A DNA stretch of 63,670 nucleotides, taken from Candidatus Calescamantes bacterium. GTDB lineage: Bacteria; CAIJMQ01; JAADFP01. A model generated the notes under the pieces. That model did not search any database and had not been told where the DNA came from. It saw only the letters and a program-made list of their open reading frames with translations. The position numbers and the translations under genes were made by a program. The stretch is taken from NCBI GenBank assembly GCA_021162785.1, contig JAGGYA010000007.1, positions 1-63,670 on the forward strand, read 5' to 3'. Positions 49,276 through 58,772 of this stretch are shown here, piece after piece (positions within the stretch are counted from its first letter, which is position 1; each line of letters starts with the position of its first letter).

Positions 49276-50506
49276 CCTTTTTCTTCTGCTCTTTTCTTTC
49301 ATCTCTTTTCCTTTCATTCTTTATAAACTATTGAGGAGACCAGGGGTAAAGGAAAGATTGGGTTTCCTTCCACCTCTTCCAAATAGAGCTATCTGGGTTC
49401 ATGCGGTATCCGTGGGAGAGGTAGGAGCGAGTGAACCCCTTATAAGAGAAATGAAACAGAAATATCCTTCTAAACCTATTGTTCTTTCTACAACTACAGA
49501 AACAGGAAGAAAAGTTGCAGAGAAAAGTTTGAAAAAATGGGTGGAGAGAATGTTTTACTTCCCCTTAGATTATCCCTGGATAATCTTCAAGGTATTTTGT
49601 GGCTGGAGACCTTCACTCATAATCCTTATGGAGACAGAAATCTGGCCCAACCTTATAACTTTCTCCCACTTTTTGGGTATCCCAGTGATTTTAGCCAATG
49701 GCAGACTTTCCTATCCCGCTTACAGAAGATACCGGATGGGGAAAGTATTATTGAAAACATTTCTCAAGAAAATCACTTTATTTCTGGTTCAGACAGAAAA
49801 AGATAAAAGACTTTTCCTTTCCTTGGGTGCAGAGCCTCAAAAAATAAAAGTGGTGGGAAATACAAAGTTTGACCGTTTAATAAAAGGAGAGATAAAAGAA
49901 ATACCCCTTCCTCCTGATTCTTCCTATCCGGTAATATGTGCAGGCAGTACTCACCCTGGTGAGGAAGAGATAGTCCTTCATGCCTTTTCTAAAGTTAAAA
50001 AAGAATTTCCCTCTGCTCGCCTGATACTTGTTCCAAGACATCCGGAAAGGAAAAAGGAGGTAGAAGAATTGCTAAAAAAAGAAGATGTAGATTATATTTT
50101 GAGATCAGAAGTTAAGGAGAAACTCTGGGAAAGCGATGTCCTTTTAGTGGATACAGTGGGCGAACTCTACTCATTTTACTCCACCGCACATCTGGCCATT
50201 CTGGGAGGCACATTTGTCCCTGTTGGGGGACACAACCCTTTAGAACCTCTTTCCTTAAAAGTTCCTGTTTTTTATGGCCCCTATATTTTCAACTTTGAGG
50301 AGATATTCTCCATCATTGAAGGGAAGGGGGCTATCAAAGTAGCCAAAGAAAATCTTTCTGAAACCCTTCTTTCATGGATAAGGGATAAGAGACGACTTGA
50401 AGAGGAAGGAAGGAAAGGATATGCTCTACTTGAGGAGTATAAAGGGGCGGTAAAAAAACATCTTGAGGAGATAGAAAAGATATGTGCGGGATTGCTGGCT
50501 GGATAA
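49259..50506 (+). CDS. waaA: 3-deoxy-D-manno-octulosonic acid (Kdo) transferase
   Basis: 415 aa. N-terminal anchor, IWVHAVSVGEV, GT30-type C-terminal half. Confidence 0.88.
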   Translation: MVVLYNLFLLLFSFISFPFILYKLLRRPGVKERLGFLPPLPNRAIWVHAVSVGEVGASEPLIREMKQKYPSKPIVLSTTTETGRKVAEKSLKKWVERMFYFPLDYPWIIFKVFCGWRPSLIILMETEIWPNLITFSHFLGIPVILANGRLSYPAYRRYRMGKVLLKTFLKKITLFLVQTEKDKRLFLSLGAEPQKIKVVGNTKFDRLIKGEIKEIPLPPDSSYPVICAGSTHPGEEEIVLHAFSKVKKEFPSARLILVPRHPERKKEVEELLKKEDVDYILRSEVKEKLWESDVLLVDTVGELYSFYSTAHLAILGGTFVPVGGHNPLEPLSLKVPVFYGPYIFNFEEIFSIIEGKGAIKVAKENLSETLLSWIRDKRRLEEEGRKGYALLEEYKGAVKKHLEEIEKICAGLLAG

Positions 50507-52416
50507 AAAAAGGAAAAATTGAGAAAAAAGTTCTTGAGAATATGACAAGAGTCCTTTCCCATCGTGGGCCAGATGGAGAGGGTTTTTATATTAATGAAAA
50601 CCCCTCTTTCAGTGTGGGATTGGGACACAGAAGACTCAAAATAATCGACCTTGTGACTGGAGACCAGCCGATGAGCAATGAAGATGGAAGTATATGGTTA
50701 GTCTACAATGGTGAAGTTTACAATTTTAAGGAACTTCGTGAAAAACTCGCCAAGAAAGGACACAGATTTTCCTCCCGCTCTGATACAGAAGTAATTATTC
50801 ACCTTTACGAAGAAGAAGGAGAAAATCTACTTTCCCGTCTAAATGGAATGTTTGCCTTTGCACTCTGGGATGAAAAGAAGAAAAAACTCTTAATAGCCCG
50901 TGATCGGTTGGGAATAAAGCCCCTTTATTACTATGTGGGAGAGGAAGAGTTTGCTTTTGCTTCCGAAATCAAATCTTTCCTCCATCTTCCTTCTTTTAAC
51001 CGGGAAATAAAAGAAGAAGCAATACATTATTACCTTTTCCTCCAGTATATCCCTTCCCCTCACACCATATTTAAGAAAGTCTGCAAACTCCCACCCGCCC
51101 ATTACTTAGTTTGGGAAGATGGAGAGATCAGGATTGAAAAATACTGGGAAGTGGAATACAGAGATTATCCAGATAAGGGGGAGAAATACTATCTTGAAAG
51201 ACTCCGTGGACTTTTAGAAGATGCAGTAAAGATAAGGCTTGTATCGGATGTTCCCTTTGGAGCCTTTCTTTCTGGAGGGATAGATTCCACCATCGTGGTG
51301 GGAGTTATGGCAGATTATTTAAAAGAACCGGTCAAGACTTTTTCCATGGGATTTGATGTGGCTTCTTTCAACGAACTCCACTATGCTAAGGTAGCTTCTG
51401 AAACTTTCCAGACAGACCATCATGAATTCAGGGTAAAACCACCAAATGTTCTGGAGCTTCTTCCCATACTCATCTGGCATTACGATGAGCCATTTGCTGA
51501 TCCCTCTTCTATTCCCACCTATATGGTTTCACAACTTGCAAGGAGATATGTGACCATGGTTCTTTCGGGAGATGGAGGAGATGAAGTATTTGCAGGATAT
51601 CACCGTTACCTTGCAGAAAGGTTACTTTCTCTCTTTCGCCCTTTCTTTTTCCCCTTCCGCTTTTCTCCAATTCTTTCCTTTATAAACTCTCTCCCTGAAT
51701 CTACCCGGATAAATGACCTTTCCCGCAGGTTAAAGAGGCTTCTCAACCGTATGGATTTACCCTCTGCAGAAAGATACATATCCTGGCTTCTAATTTTTGA
51801 TCTGGAAAGGATTGGTTGGCTTTATACTCCAGAGTTTGAGGAAAAAGTTGAAGGAATCTACCCCCCAGATTTCCTTAAAAAATACTTTGAAAAAAATCTA
51901 TCTCTTTCCACTCTGGGATGCTGCCAGTATACTGACCTTAAAACATATCTTCCTGAAGACATACTCACCAAAGTGGATAGAGCCAGTATGGCCAATTCAC
52001 TGGAATGCCGTGTTCCCTTTCTGGACCATCGCCTGGTAGAGTTTATGGCTTCTGTGCCTCCCCATTATAAACTCAGAGGATTTCTATTGAAGTATCTCCT
52101 GAAGAAGACTTTTAAAGATAAATTACCGCCAAAAATCTATTTTCGAGGTAAACATGGTTTTGGAGTACCTATTGGCAAATGGTTTAGAGAAGAGCTATAT
52201 ACTTTCACCGAGAAGATCCTTCTGGAAAAAAGAACAATTTCTCGAGGTTATTTTAAAAGAAAAGGGATAGAAAGGTTACTTGAAGAACATAAAAGGGGGA
52301 GATTTGACCATTCTCACAGATTATGGACACTTTTAATGTTAGAATTATGGCACCGTTTTTATATTGACCAGAGACTTTCAAGTTTAACACCTTCTATTTC
52401 TGTTTATTCCCTTTAA
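50482..52416 (+). CDS. asnB: Asparagine synthase (glutamine-hydrolysing)
   Basis: 644 aa. MCGIAG Ntn nucleophile and SGGIDS PP-loop. Confidence 0.92.
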   Translation: MCGIAGWIKKGKIEKKVLENMTRVLSHRGPDGEGFYINENPSFSVGLGHRRLKIIDLVTGDQPMSNEDGSIWLVYNGEVYNFKELREKLAKKGHRFSSRSDTEVIIHLYEEEGENLLSRLNGMFAFALWDEKKKKLLIARDRLGIKPLYYYVGEEEFAFASEIKSFLHLPSFNREIKEEAIHYYLFLQYIPSPHTIFKKVCKLPPAHYLVWEDGEIRIEKYWEVEYRDYPDKGEKYYLERLRGLLEDAVKIRLVSDVPFGAFLSGGIDSTIVVGVMADYLKEPVKTFSMGFDVASFNELHYAKVASETFQTDHHEFRVKPPNVLELLPILIWHYDEPFADPSSIPTYMVSQLARRYVTMVLSGDGGDEVFAGYHRYLAERLLSLFRPFFFPFRFSPILSFINSLPESTRINDLSRRLKRLLNRMDLPSAERYISWLLIFDLERIGWLYTPEFEEKVEGIYPPDFLKKYFEKNLSLSTLGCCQYTDLKTYLPEDILTKVDRASMANSLECRVPFLDHRLVEFMASVPPHYKLRGFLLKYLLKKTFKDKLPPKIYFRGKHGFGVPIGKWFREELYTFTEKILLEKRTISRGYFKRKGIERLLEEHKRGRFDHSHRLWTLLMLELWHRFYIDQRLSSLTPSISVYSL

Positions 52417-52483
52417 GTTTACCCAGCAATCTTTCCTTGACAGTGTATTATACCTATTGTAAATTAGAGGTGGAGGTGAGGTA

Positions 52484-52915
52484 ATGGTAGTATCAGGCGG
52501 AGGCAGAGGGATTTCCCGTTTCCAGTTGAGAGCACCCTTAAAATTTAAAAGAATCTATCGAGTAGTTGGTGAATCCGAAGTTAAAGATGGGTTGATAAAA
52601 GAGCTGGGTTTGAAAGATCTGTTATTTGAGGCTAAAGAAGAGCTTCCTGTGGATAGTCGCGTTTACCTTGAGTTTAAACTACCCACTGGCCACCAGATTA
52701 AAACAGAAGGTATAGTGGTATCCTGCAAAAAAGAAGAGGAGGAAGGAGATTTTTATCTTATTGAAGCAAGGTTCCTTTCCTTGAATCCAAAAGATGCTAC
52801 TGCAATTAATATGGTGGGGTACAGGGAGTGGATGAAAAGGAGAGAAATGGCACCTTATATGAGGATTATTCGCACACCTTACGAACCTGAGAGCGAAAAA
52901 AAAGAAAAAATTTAG
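52484..52915 (+). CDS. PilZ-like domain protein
   Basis: 143 aa. RGISR (RxxxR) followed by a beta-barrel-like segment. The DxSxxG motif is degenerate (ELGLKDL). GGAGGTGAGG SD. Confidence 0.4.
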   Translation: MVVSGGGRGISRFQLRAPLKFKRIYRVVGESEVKDGLIKELGLKDLLFEAKEELPVDSRVYLEFKLPTGHQIKTEGIVVSCKKEEEEGDFYLIEARFLSLNPKDATAINMVGYREWMKRREMAPYMRIIRTPYEPESEKKEKI

Positions 52916-52940
52916 GAAACGGAAAAAATATTAAAAAAAC

Positions 52941-52970
52941 TTGACAAAATGGGAATTTATTTGTTATAGT
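52941..52970 (+). promoter_or_regulatory. Putative strong sigma-70 promoter of the porin gene
   Basis: TTGACA (52941-52946), 18 nt, TATAGT (52965-52970). Confidence 0.5.
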
Positions 52971-52976
52971 TTGAAA

Positions 52977-53133
52977 AATTAGTTATTTTATAGGGTTCCT
53001 GGTTACCCTTAAACCAGGGCGGGAAAGGAGGTGAGGAAAATATAAAACGCCCAAAAGGGGGAAACCAGGAAAAGGGGATAGAAGCCTCTTCCGTATTATT
53101 CGGGAGAGAGTGGATATAAAAAGGAGGTAACAA
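52977..53133 (+). promoter_or_regulatory. Long structured 5' leader of the porin mRNA
   Basis: About 157 nt. CCTGGTT (52998-53004) can pair with AACCAGG at 53012-53018 or at 53063-53069. 8-bp hairpin CTCTTCCG/CGGGAGAG (53086-53108). Decoy AGGAGGTGAGG at about 53026. Confidence 0.3.
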
Positions 53134-54444
53134 ATGGGTAGTAGAATAAAACTGATAGTTTTAGCTTTTGTTCTCTTTGCAGGCTACAGCCTTGCACTCA
53201 ATGCAGAAGTCCAGAATGTAAGAGTAGGCGGTGACATCGAAGTAAGAGGCATCTGGCAGAAGGATGTAGATCTGATTGCAGAAGACTGGTCACCGAAGGT
53301 TTCTAATTTCCTCTATCAATGCACCAGAGTATATGTCTCCGCAGATCTCACTGATAATGTTAATGCCTATGTAAGGTTCCTTAATGATAGATTCTGGGGT
53401 ACTGACGCAAAGGCAGGAGAAACTGGAAGTGAGGTAGATGTTGATCTGGCCTATCTCACTCTTGCAGAAATGTTCGGCTTTCCTATGTCTCTCACCATTG
53501 GAAGACAGGAACTTTCCTATGGTGAAGGATTCTTGGTTGGGGATGGGGTAAGTGATGTGTACATAATTAGCGGTGTAAATACTTTTGCATATGTTTATGG
53601 TCCTAAAAAAGCATTCGATGCCATAAAGTTCTCCTACTCTTATGAAAATTCTACTGTAGATATGATTAAAGCAAAACTCAGTGAAGGTTATGGTCAGGGG
53701 ACAGATGAAAACCTTTATGGGATTAACTGGAATCTGAAGACTGACACCTATGGAACCTGGGATTTCGCAGTGTTTGCCAAATTCCAGAATCCTACTACCA
53801 AAGGCAGAAATGAAACCGTAGCCTTCTCCATTAGAGGTGCTGGTGAAATTCCTCAAGTTACCGTAGGTAAGCTTGAGGTAAAGGGTGAACTGGTAAAAGA
53901 GACTGGAAAAGTAGATGCTGTTTCTAGTGGCACAGGTGATACTGAGAAACTGGAAGCATGGGGAGGCTACTTAGGAGTAAAATACACCTTTGACAACCCC
54001 TACGAACCATACATCAATCTTTGCTACACCAGAATGACCGGTGATAAGGCCAATACCGACAGAATTGAGTCTTTCGACCCACTTTATCAGGATGAAAAGT
54101 ATGGAGAAATTGCCTATGCGCTTCTCTACAGTGGGGCTGCTTATAATGCTAAAATCTTCCAGGCTGGCCTTGGATTCAAACCCAATGAGAAAGTAGGAGT
54201 GGATCTCACATACTACAATTTTGATGAAGATCAGCATGTAACCGGTGGTAGCTCCACGGATAACCGCAATCTTGGTAAAGAATGGGATCTTCTCATTAGC
54301 TACGATTACACCGAAGATGTGCAGTTTGGTCTCTGCTATGCAGTATTCATCCCGGGCAAGGCAATAACTGAGGCATTAGATGATCTTGACATTGATGAAG
54401 CAAAAGCCAGTGCCCTCCTTGGAACCGTCAAGGTAACCTTCTAA
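53134..54444 (+). CDS. Outer-membrane porin-like beta-barrel (alginate-export/AlgE-like family?)
   Basis: 436 aa. Signal peptide ending LALNA, LTIGRQELSYGEGFLVGDG motif, alternating strands, and C-terminal ..GTVKVTF ending in Phe. Confidence 0.7.
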   Translation: MGSRIKLIVLAFVLFAGYSLALNAEVQNVRVGGDIEVRGIWQKDVDLIAEDWSPKVSNFLYQCTRVYVSADLTDNVNAYVRFLNDRFWGTDAKAGETGSEVDVDLAYLTLAEMFGFPMSLTIGRQELSYGEGFLVGDGVSDVYIISGVNTFAYVYGPKKAFDAIKFSYSYENSTVDMIKAKLSEGYGQGTDENLYGINWNLKTDTYGTWDFAVFAKFQNPTTKGRNETVAFSIRGAGEIPQVTVGKLEVKGELVKETGKVDAVSSGTGDTEKLEAWGGYLGVKYTFDNPYEPYINLCYTRMTGDKANTDRIESFDPLYQDEKYGEIAYALLYSGAAYNAKIFQAGLGFKPNEKVGVDLTYYNFDEDQHVTGGSSTDNRNLGKEWDLLISYDYTEDVQFGLCYAVFIPGKAITEALDDLDIDEAKASALLGTVKVTF

Positions 54445-54461
54445 TAGACAAAGTAGAAGAC

Positions 54462-54497
54462 AAAACCCGGGGAGATTAAATCTCCCCGGGTTTTTTT
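54462..54497 (+). terminator. Bidirectional intrinsic terminator
   Basis: AAAA-CCCGGGGAGAT-TAA-ATCTCCCCGGG-TTTTTTT: 11-bp perfect stem, with an A-run on one side and a T-run on the other. Confidence 0.85.
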
Positions 54498-54776
54498 ATT
54501 GCTTAAAAATTTGAGTTTTTGATCTTTTGCCATCGAGGGCTCTTAATTCCACCCCTCAACAGTGTATGCAGGCTCCTAACCGGGACCCTTCCATTCATTA
54601 CATCCCTGAGTCTTTGCTAAAGACATGGATACATGGTTTTTCTCTTCAAGATTGAGAATTGTTTTAAGGTTTTGTATCCTTCGATAAGATTGGTAACGGA
54701 AGCTCCCACAGCAAAGAGCATTGACTTCTTTTCCCTTAAAAAGGAAAATTTATTTTTCTGAAAGGGAGGAGAAATT

Positions 54777-55889
54777 ATGACCAAAAGAGAGATAAACCTT
54801 CGCATTTTTGAAAGGAAAGAAGTCCCTTATGTTCTTTTCCAGCCCCGATTAGCTCCCTGGTACAACTGGAATAAGGAAAGAGGGAAACTTTCTTCTAAAT
54901 ACGCTCAGATGCGTTTCCCTGAGCTTTATAAGGAGCTGGATATCTCCATGCGTTATCCTTTTGAGCATGGAGCACCCTGGCCTGTAGAGAGAAGATTTTC
55001 TTCTGCAGTGAAAGTGAGAGAAGAGGAAGAAGGGGAGACCAAAAAGATAATCTTTGAAACTCCCTATGGAGAACTCGTGGAAAAATGGGGGAAAACCACA
55101 GGAGGAGGGGGATGGAGATTAATGGAACATGCAGTTAAGAATAAGGATGACCTGAAGAGACTGAGATGGATTTTCCAGAACACCACCTTTCATTTCCTCC
55201 CCTCTAACTTTGAAAAAGGGGAGGAATTTCAGGGAGATCTTGGGGAACCTCAGTTTTTCCTTCCTCGAAGCCCCTATCAGGCACTATCTCTGGAATGGAT
55301 GGGTTTAGAAAATCTGATTTATGCGCTTATGGATGCTCACCAGGAAGTAGAAGATGTGATGAAAGCAATTGATGAGTCCTATGATTCTCTTTATGAAGAA
55401 CTTATCTCTTATGGAAGGATAAAAATAATAAATTTTGGGGAAAACATAGATGCTCAGCTTCTTTCACCCGCCTACTTTGAGCAGTATCTCATTCCCTTTT
55501 ATGAAAAGAGATCCAATCAGCTCAGAAAACATGGAATTCATACTCATATTCATATTGACGGAAGTTTTAAACCCATCCTAAAATTTCTCAAAGATTTACC
55601 CTTTGATGGTTTGGAAGCCCTTACTCCCTTACCTCAAGGTGATGTGAGTATAGAAGAAATGAAGGAACATATTGGAGACAAAATTCTTCTTGATGGAATA
55701 CCTGCAGTGTTGTTTCTCTCCACATATCCTGAAGAAGAATTAATGGCCTGTGTGGAAAAACTGGTTAAACTTTTTCATCCTCGCTTGGTTCTGGGAATTT
55801 CTGATGAATTGCCTCAAGCAGCAGGTGAGGAAAGTTTGGAAAGAATACGGAAAATTTCTGCATACTGTAGGAACTGGAAGAATTCATGA
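54777..55889 (+). CDS. Uroporphyrinogen-decarboxylase (URO-D) family protein (MtaA/CmuA-like methyltransferase fold?)
   Basis: 370 aa. The C-terminal half (HIHIDGSFKPILKFLKDLPFDGLEALTPLPQGDV..LLDGIPAVLF) fits the URO-D TIM-barrel pattern. The N-terminus is atypical. Confidence 0.5.
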   Translation: MTKREINLRIFERKEVPYVLFQPRLAPWYNWNKERGKLSSKYAQMRFPELYKELDISMRYPFEHGAPWPVERRFSSAVKVREEEEGETKKIIFETPYGELVEKWGKTTGGGGWRLMEHAVKNKDDLKRLRWIFQNTTFHFLPSNFEKGEEFQGDLGEPQFFLPRSPYQALSLEWMGLENLIYALMDAHQEVEDVMKAIDESYDSLYEELISYGRIKIINFGENIDAQLLSPAYFEQYLIPFYEKRSNQLRKHGIHTHIHIDGSFKPILKFLKDLPFDGLEALTPLPQGDVSIEEMKEHIGDKILLDGIPAVLFLSTYPEEELMACVEKLVKLFHPRLVLGISDELPQAAGEESLERIRKISAYCRNWKNS

Positions 55890-55969
55890 AAAAACAGGAA
55901 GGCTCAAAGATCAAGGAGTGGCAGGATTTTCTTGTATTTTTGGAATTTGGGAAGAGAGAAATTAGAAAA

Positions 55970-56725
55970 TCATTTTAAAAGCACATCTTTTACAATCAAA
56001 ATTCCCGAAACCATTAAGAGAACAATTCCAAAGACTCTTTTTACTGCTTTATGTTTGAGTCTTTCCGCCATAAACCTTGAACCGAGCTGAGAACCGCTTA
56101 AAACCGAAATTACACAGAGTAACCATACTGTCCAGTTTGGCGTAGCAGATGTGAAAATATGGGAAAGGAAACTGGAAGTTCCTGAAAAAGTTACCACTAT
56201 GCTGGAGGTGGCTGCAGCGGTTTTGGGTTCCAGGCCGGCAATGTAAAGTAGAGGGACCACAAAACTTCCTCCTCCCCGGCCAATCAATCCTGCAAAGAAT
56301 CCAAGGATACTCCCGGCTATTGCCCCGAGGATGAACCTTCCTTTATAAGATAACTTTCCTCTTTTTGGTTTCCAGCCACTGAGCATTAAAATTGCAGCTG
56401 TAGCAGTAAACAGGGCAAAAACAAGTATCACTGGTTTTGTAGGGAGGCTCACATTTACCCAAGTTCCAAGTGGAGCAAATAAGACCATGAAAATTCCAAA
56501 AGGTAAACCTACTTTCCACTCAATAAGTTTCTTCCGGGCATAGGTAAAAGCAGCAGAAGAGGAATTAACCACATTGAGAAGCATTCCCAGAGGTATAGCT
56601 TCATGCTTAAAATCCATCCCGAGCCAAAAAAGAATCGGGATGTAAAGTTGTGAACCACCCATACCCAGCATGGAGAAAACAAAAGAAATAAAAAAGAAAA
56701 TTAGCGGTGCAAGATAAATCCCCAT
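55970..56725 (-). CDS. TauE/SafE family sulfite/anion exporter
   Basis: 251 aa, 7-8 TM helices, duplicated GGG motifs (MLGMGGS, IGRGGGSF). Confidence 0.85.
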   Translation of the reverse strand: MGIYLAPLIFFFISFVFSMLGMGGSQLYIPILFWLGMDFKHEAIPLGMLLNVVNSSSAAFTYARKKLIEWKVGLPFGIFMVLFAPLGTWVNVSLPTKPVILVFALFTATAAILMLSGWKPKRGKLSYKGRFILGAIAGSILGFFAGLIGRGGGSFVVPLLYIAGLEPKTAAATSSIVVTFSGTSSFLSHIFTSATPNWTVWLLCVISVLSGSQLGSRFMAERLKHKAVKRVFGIVLLMVSGILIVKDVLLK

Positions 56726-56813
56726 TTTTATTTCCTTTAGCTTTACAACTCAAAAATTCTTTAATTGTAACTCTAACATTACAGCATTTCCATTGAAGAA
56801 AAAGTTAAAGAGA

Positions 56814-57314
56814 TTAAGAGCCTTCCACGAATCTTTCGTCGTCTCGCGATTGGGAAAGTTTATACACATTTTTTTCAAGCCATCCAATTTTAACTCCCTC
56901 TCTTTTATCAAACTCTGGAACATAAGGTTTAATATCCAGAAGAGGGGTTCCATCGACAATGTCTAAATCCTCAACATAGAGGATATTCCCCTCCACTTTC
57001 AAAAGTCTAACCACCGAAATTCCGATAGGATTTGGACGTGCCGGGGCTCGAGTGGCGAAAACACCGTGAAAATTATCATCCATGAAAGGCTTTACTCTTA
57101 ATTTATACCCTTTTACACGATGAAAATGATAAATAAGGATAATGTGAGAAAATCCTTCAATATCCTTTAAACCTTCTGCATACTCTGGGAATACTTCCAC
57201 TCTTCCTTTTACACCCTTAGCCCCAGCAGGTTGTATAGGTGTCCCTCTTGGTTCTTTAAATGGAGAGTAAATGATGCCAATGGGTTTATAGACCAACATC
57301 CTTAATTTTAGCAT
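56814..57314 (-). CDS. trmO: TrmO/TsaA-like SAM-dependent methyltransferase (UPF0066)
   Basis: 166 aa; IG.I.SPF....G.P.QP, FSH...IYHFH, TR.P.RPNPIG.S.V.L, DGTPLLDIKPY. Confidence 0.85.
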   Translation of the reverse strand: MLKLRMLVYKPIGIIYSPFKEPRGTPIQPAGAKGVKGRVEVFPEYAEGLKDIEGFSHIILIYHFHRVKGYKLRVKPFMDDNFHGVFATRAPARPNPIGISVVRLLKVEGNILYVEDLDIVDGTPLLDIKPYVPEFDKREGVKIGWLEKNVYKLSQSRDDERFVEGS

Positions 57315-57367
57315 GTTGTTAAGGAAAATTAAAAAGTGAGGCGACTAATTTTAAAAAAATAGAGATT

Positions 57368-58681
57368 TCAATGTTTGTTTTTCAAAAATGCACGGGTGGA
57401 TTTTCTCATGATGAGGTTTACAGGGAAAGCAATGAAGGAGGATTTTCTTAAGTGAAAAGTTCTCCGGAAGATAGAAGGGAAAGAAGAAATTTGTTTTCTT
57501 GCCCAGTCATAGCCTTCCCGAAGTTGCTCTACTGTAAGTAACTTTGGGCGGAAGACTACTTCACCACAGGTATATTTTGTCCAATCTCTCCGGATGATTC
57601 TCCCTTCTTCTTCCAATCTCTTATACAATCGTGTGCCAGGTAAGGGAGTGAGAATAGAGAAACTGGCTAATTCAAGCTGATTTCTGTCAATGAATTTTAC
57701 AGTTTCTTCAAAAACACTCTCATCATCCAGATCAAAACCGAAAATAAAAGCTCCCACTATTCCAATTCCATGGTCATGTATTTTTTTAATGGCTGTGCTG
57801 TATTCCTTAACATGGTTTGCTGTTTTACCTGCTTTCTTTAAGTTAGCACTTGAAAGCGATTCAAAACCAATGAACAATCCAAAACACCCACTTTTAGAAG
57901 CGAGTTTGAGTAGTTCATCGTCTTTGAAAATGGTTAAAGAACTCTGGCCAAACCATCTTATTTTAAGTGGGATCAAAGCTTGGAAAAGTTTTTTGGAGTA
58001 ATCCGGACGGGCAGTGATGTTGTCGTCCACAAAGAAAATTGTGCGATGAGGAAAATTTTTCACTTCCCTGATTACATCAGATATTGGCCTTGTGCGATAA
58101 GTCCGTCCAAAGAAAGTAGTTACACTGCAGAAATCACAATTGAAAGGGCATCCTCGGGTAGTTTGGACCATATCCCATTCTTGATAATATTTACTACCTA
58201 TCCAGAGATCTTTTCTGGGCAAAGGAAGGTTTATCAGACTGGGTCTTTTAGAAGAGCGATAAAATTTTTTAAGAGTCCCTTGCTTGAAATCTTTGATTAA
58301 TTCCTTCATTACTCCTTCAGCTTCCCCTATAACCACGGAATTAGCATGAAGAGATGCTTCCTGAGGTAAAGCAGTGGGGTGAATTCCTCCCAATATAACT
58401 GGAATTTTCCTCTCTCTGAACTTGTCTGCAATTTCATAAGTTCGAGGTGCAGTGGAGGTAATGGCAGTTATTCCCACCAGATCCACTTTTTCATCAAAGT
58501 CTATTTCCTCTATGTTATCGTTGATAATCCGGATATTGGCATCCTGAGGGAGCAATCCTGCCACAGTAGCCAGACTTAGCCGAGAGAAATGGTTAGCTTT
58601 TTCTCTCTCCGTAGGACAGGCTACAGGAGACCTCGGAGAAATCAAATGAATAGTCAACAAAAACCACTTCCTTATTCCCAT
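57368..58681 (-). CDS. B12-binding-domain radical SAM protein (class B)
   Basis: Start set at ATG 58681. N-terminal cobalamin-binding-like Rossmann region (DLVGITAITSTA...PVILGGIHPT) and radical SAM cluster motif CPFNCDFCS. Confidence 0.85.
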   Translation of the reverse strand: MGIRKWFLLTIHLISPRSPVACPTEREKANHFSRLSLATVAGLLPQDANIRIINDNIEEIDFDEKVDLVGITAITSTAPRTYEIADKFRERKIPVILGGIHPTALPQEASLHANSVVIGEAEGVMKELIKDFKQGTLKKFYRSSKRPSLINLPLPRKDLWIGSKYYQEWDMVQTTRGCPFNCDFCSVTTFFGRTYRTRPISDVIREVKNFPHRTIFFVDDNITARPDYSKKLFQALIPLKIRWFGQSSLTIFKDDELLKLASKSGCFGLFIGFESLSSANLKKAGKTANHVKEYSTAIKKIHDHGIGIVGAFIFGFDLDDESVFEETVKFIDRNQLELASFSILTPLPGTRLYKRLEEEGRIIRRDWTKYTCGEVVFRPKLLTVEQLREGYDWARKQISSFPSIFRRTFHLRKSSFIAFPVNLIMRKSTRAFLKNKH

Positions 58682-58772
58682 TTTACTTTTTTTAAAAAGA
58701 ATGTCAAATTTACCAGGCAAAAATGGTATCCTAAGTTGTATTTAAAATTTGAGCTGATATAATTTTCTGATC

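Noticed and set aside
52348-52363. TGGCAC-N5-TTATA, a sigma-54-like -24 element upstream of the PilZ-like gene
   Set aside because: The -12 element lacks the essential GC (TTGC). It lies inside asnB, and a good sigma-70-like TTGACA-17-TAAATT exists at about 52460.
54553-54600. Cobalamin-riboswitch-like string on the minus strand
   Set aside because: The match is only partial: GGTTAGGAGCC and ACACTGTTGAGGGGTGG versus the consensus, with the CCCGC and paired elements missing. It points away from any gene. It is kept only as a hypothesis to be tested by cmscan (see findings).
54617-54805. 62-aa minus-strand ORF in the spacer upstream of the URO-D-like gene
   Set aside because: It has no SD, overlaps the start and SD of the plus-strand gene, and has an implausible composition.
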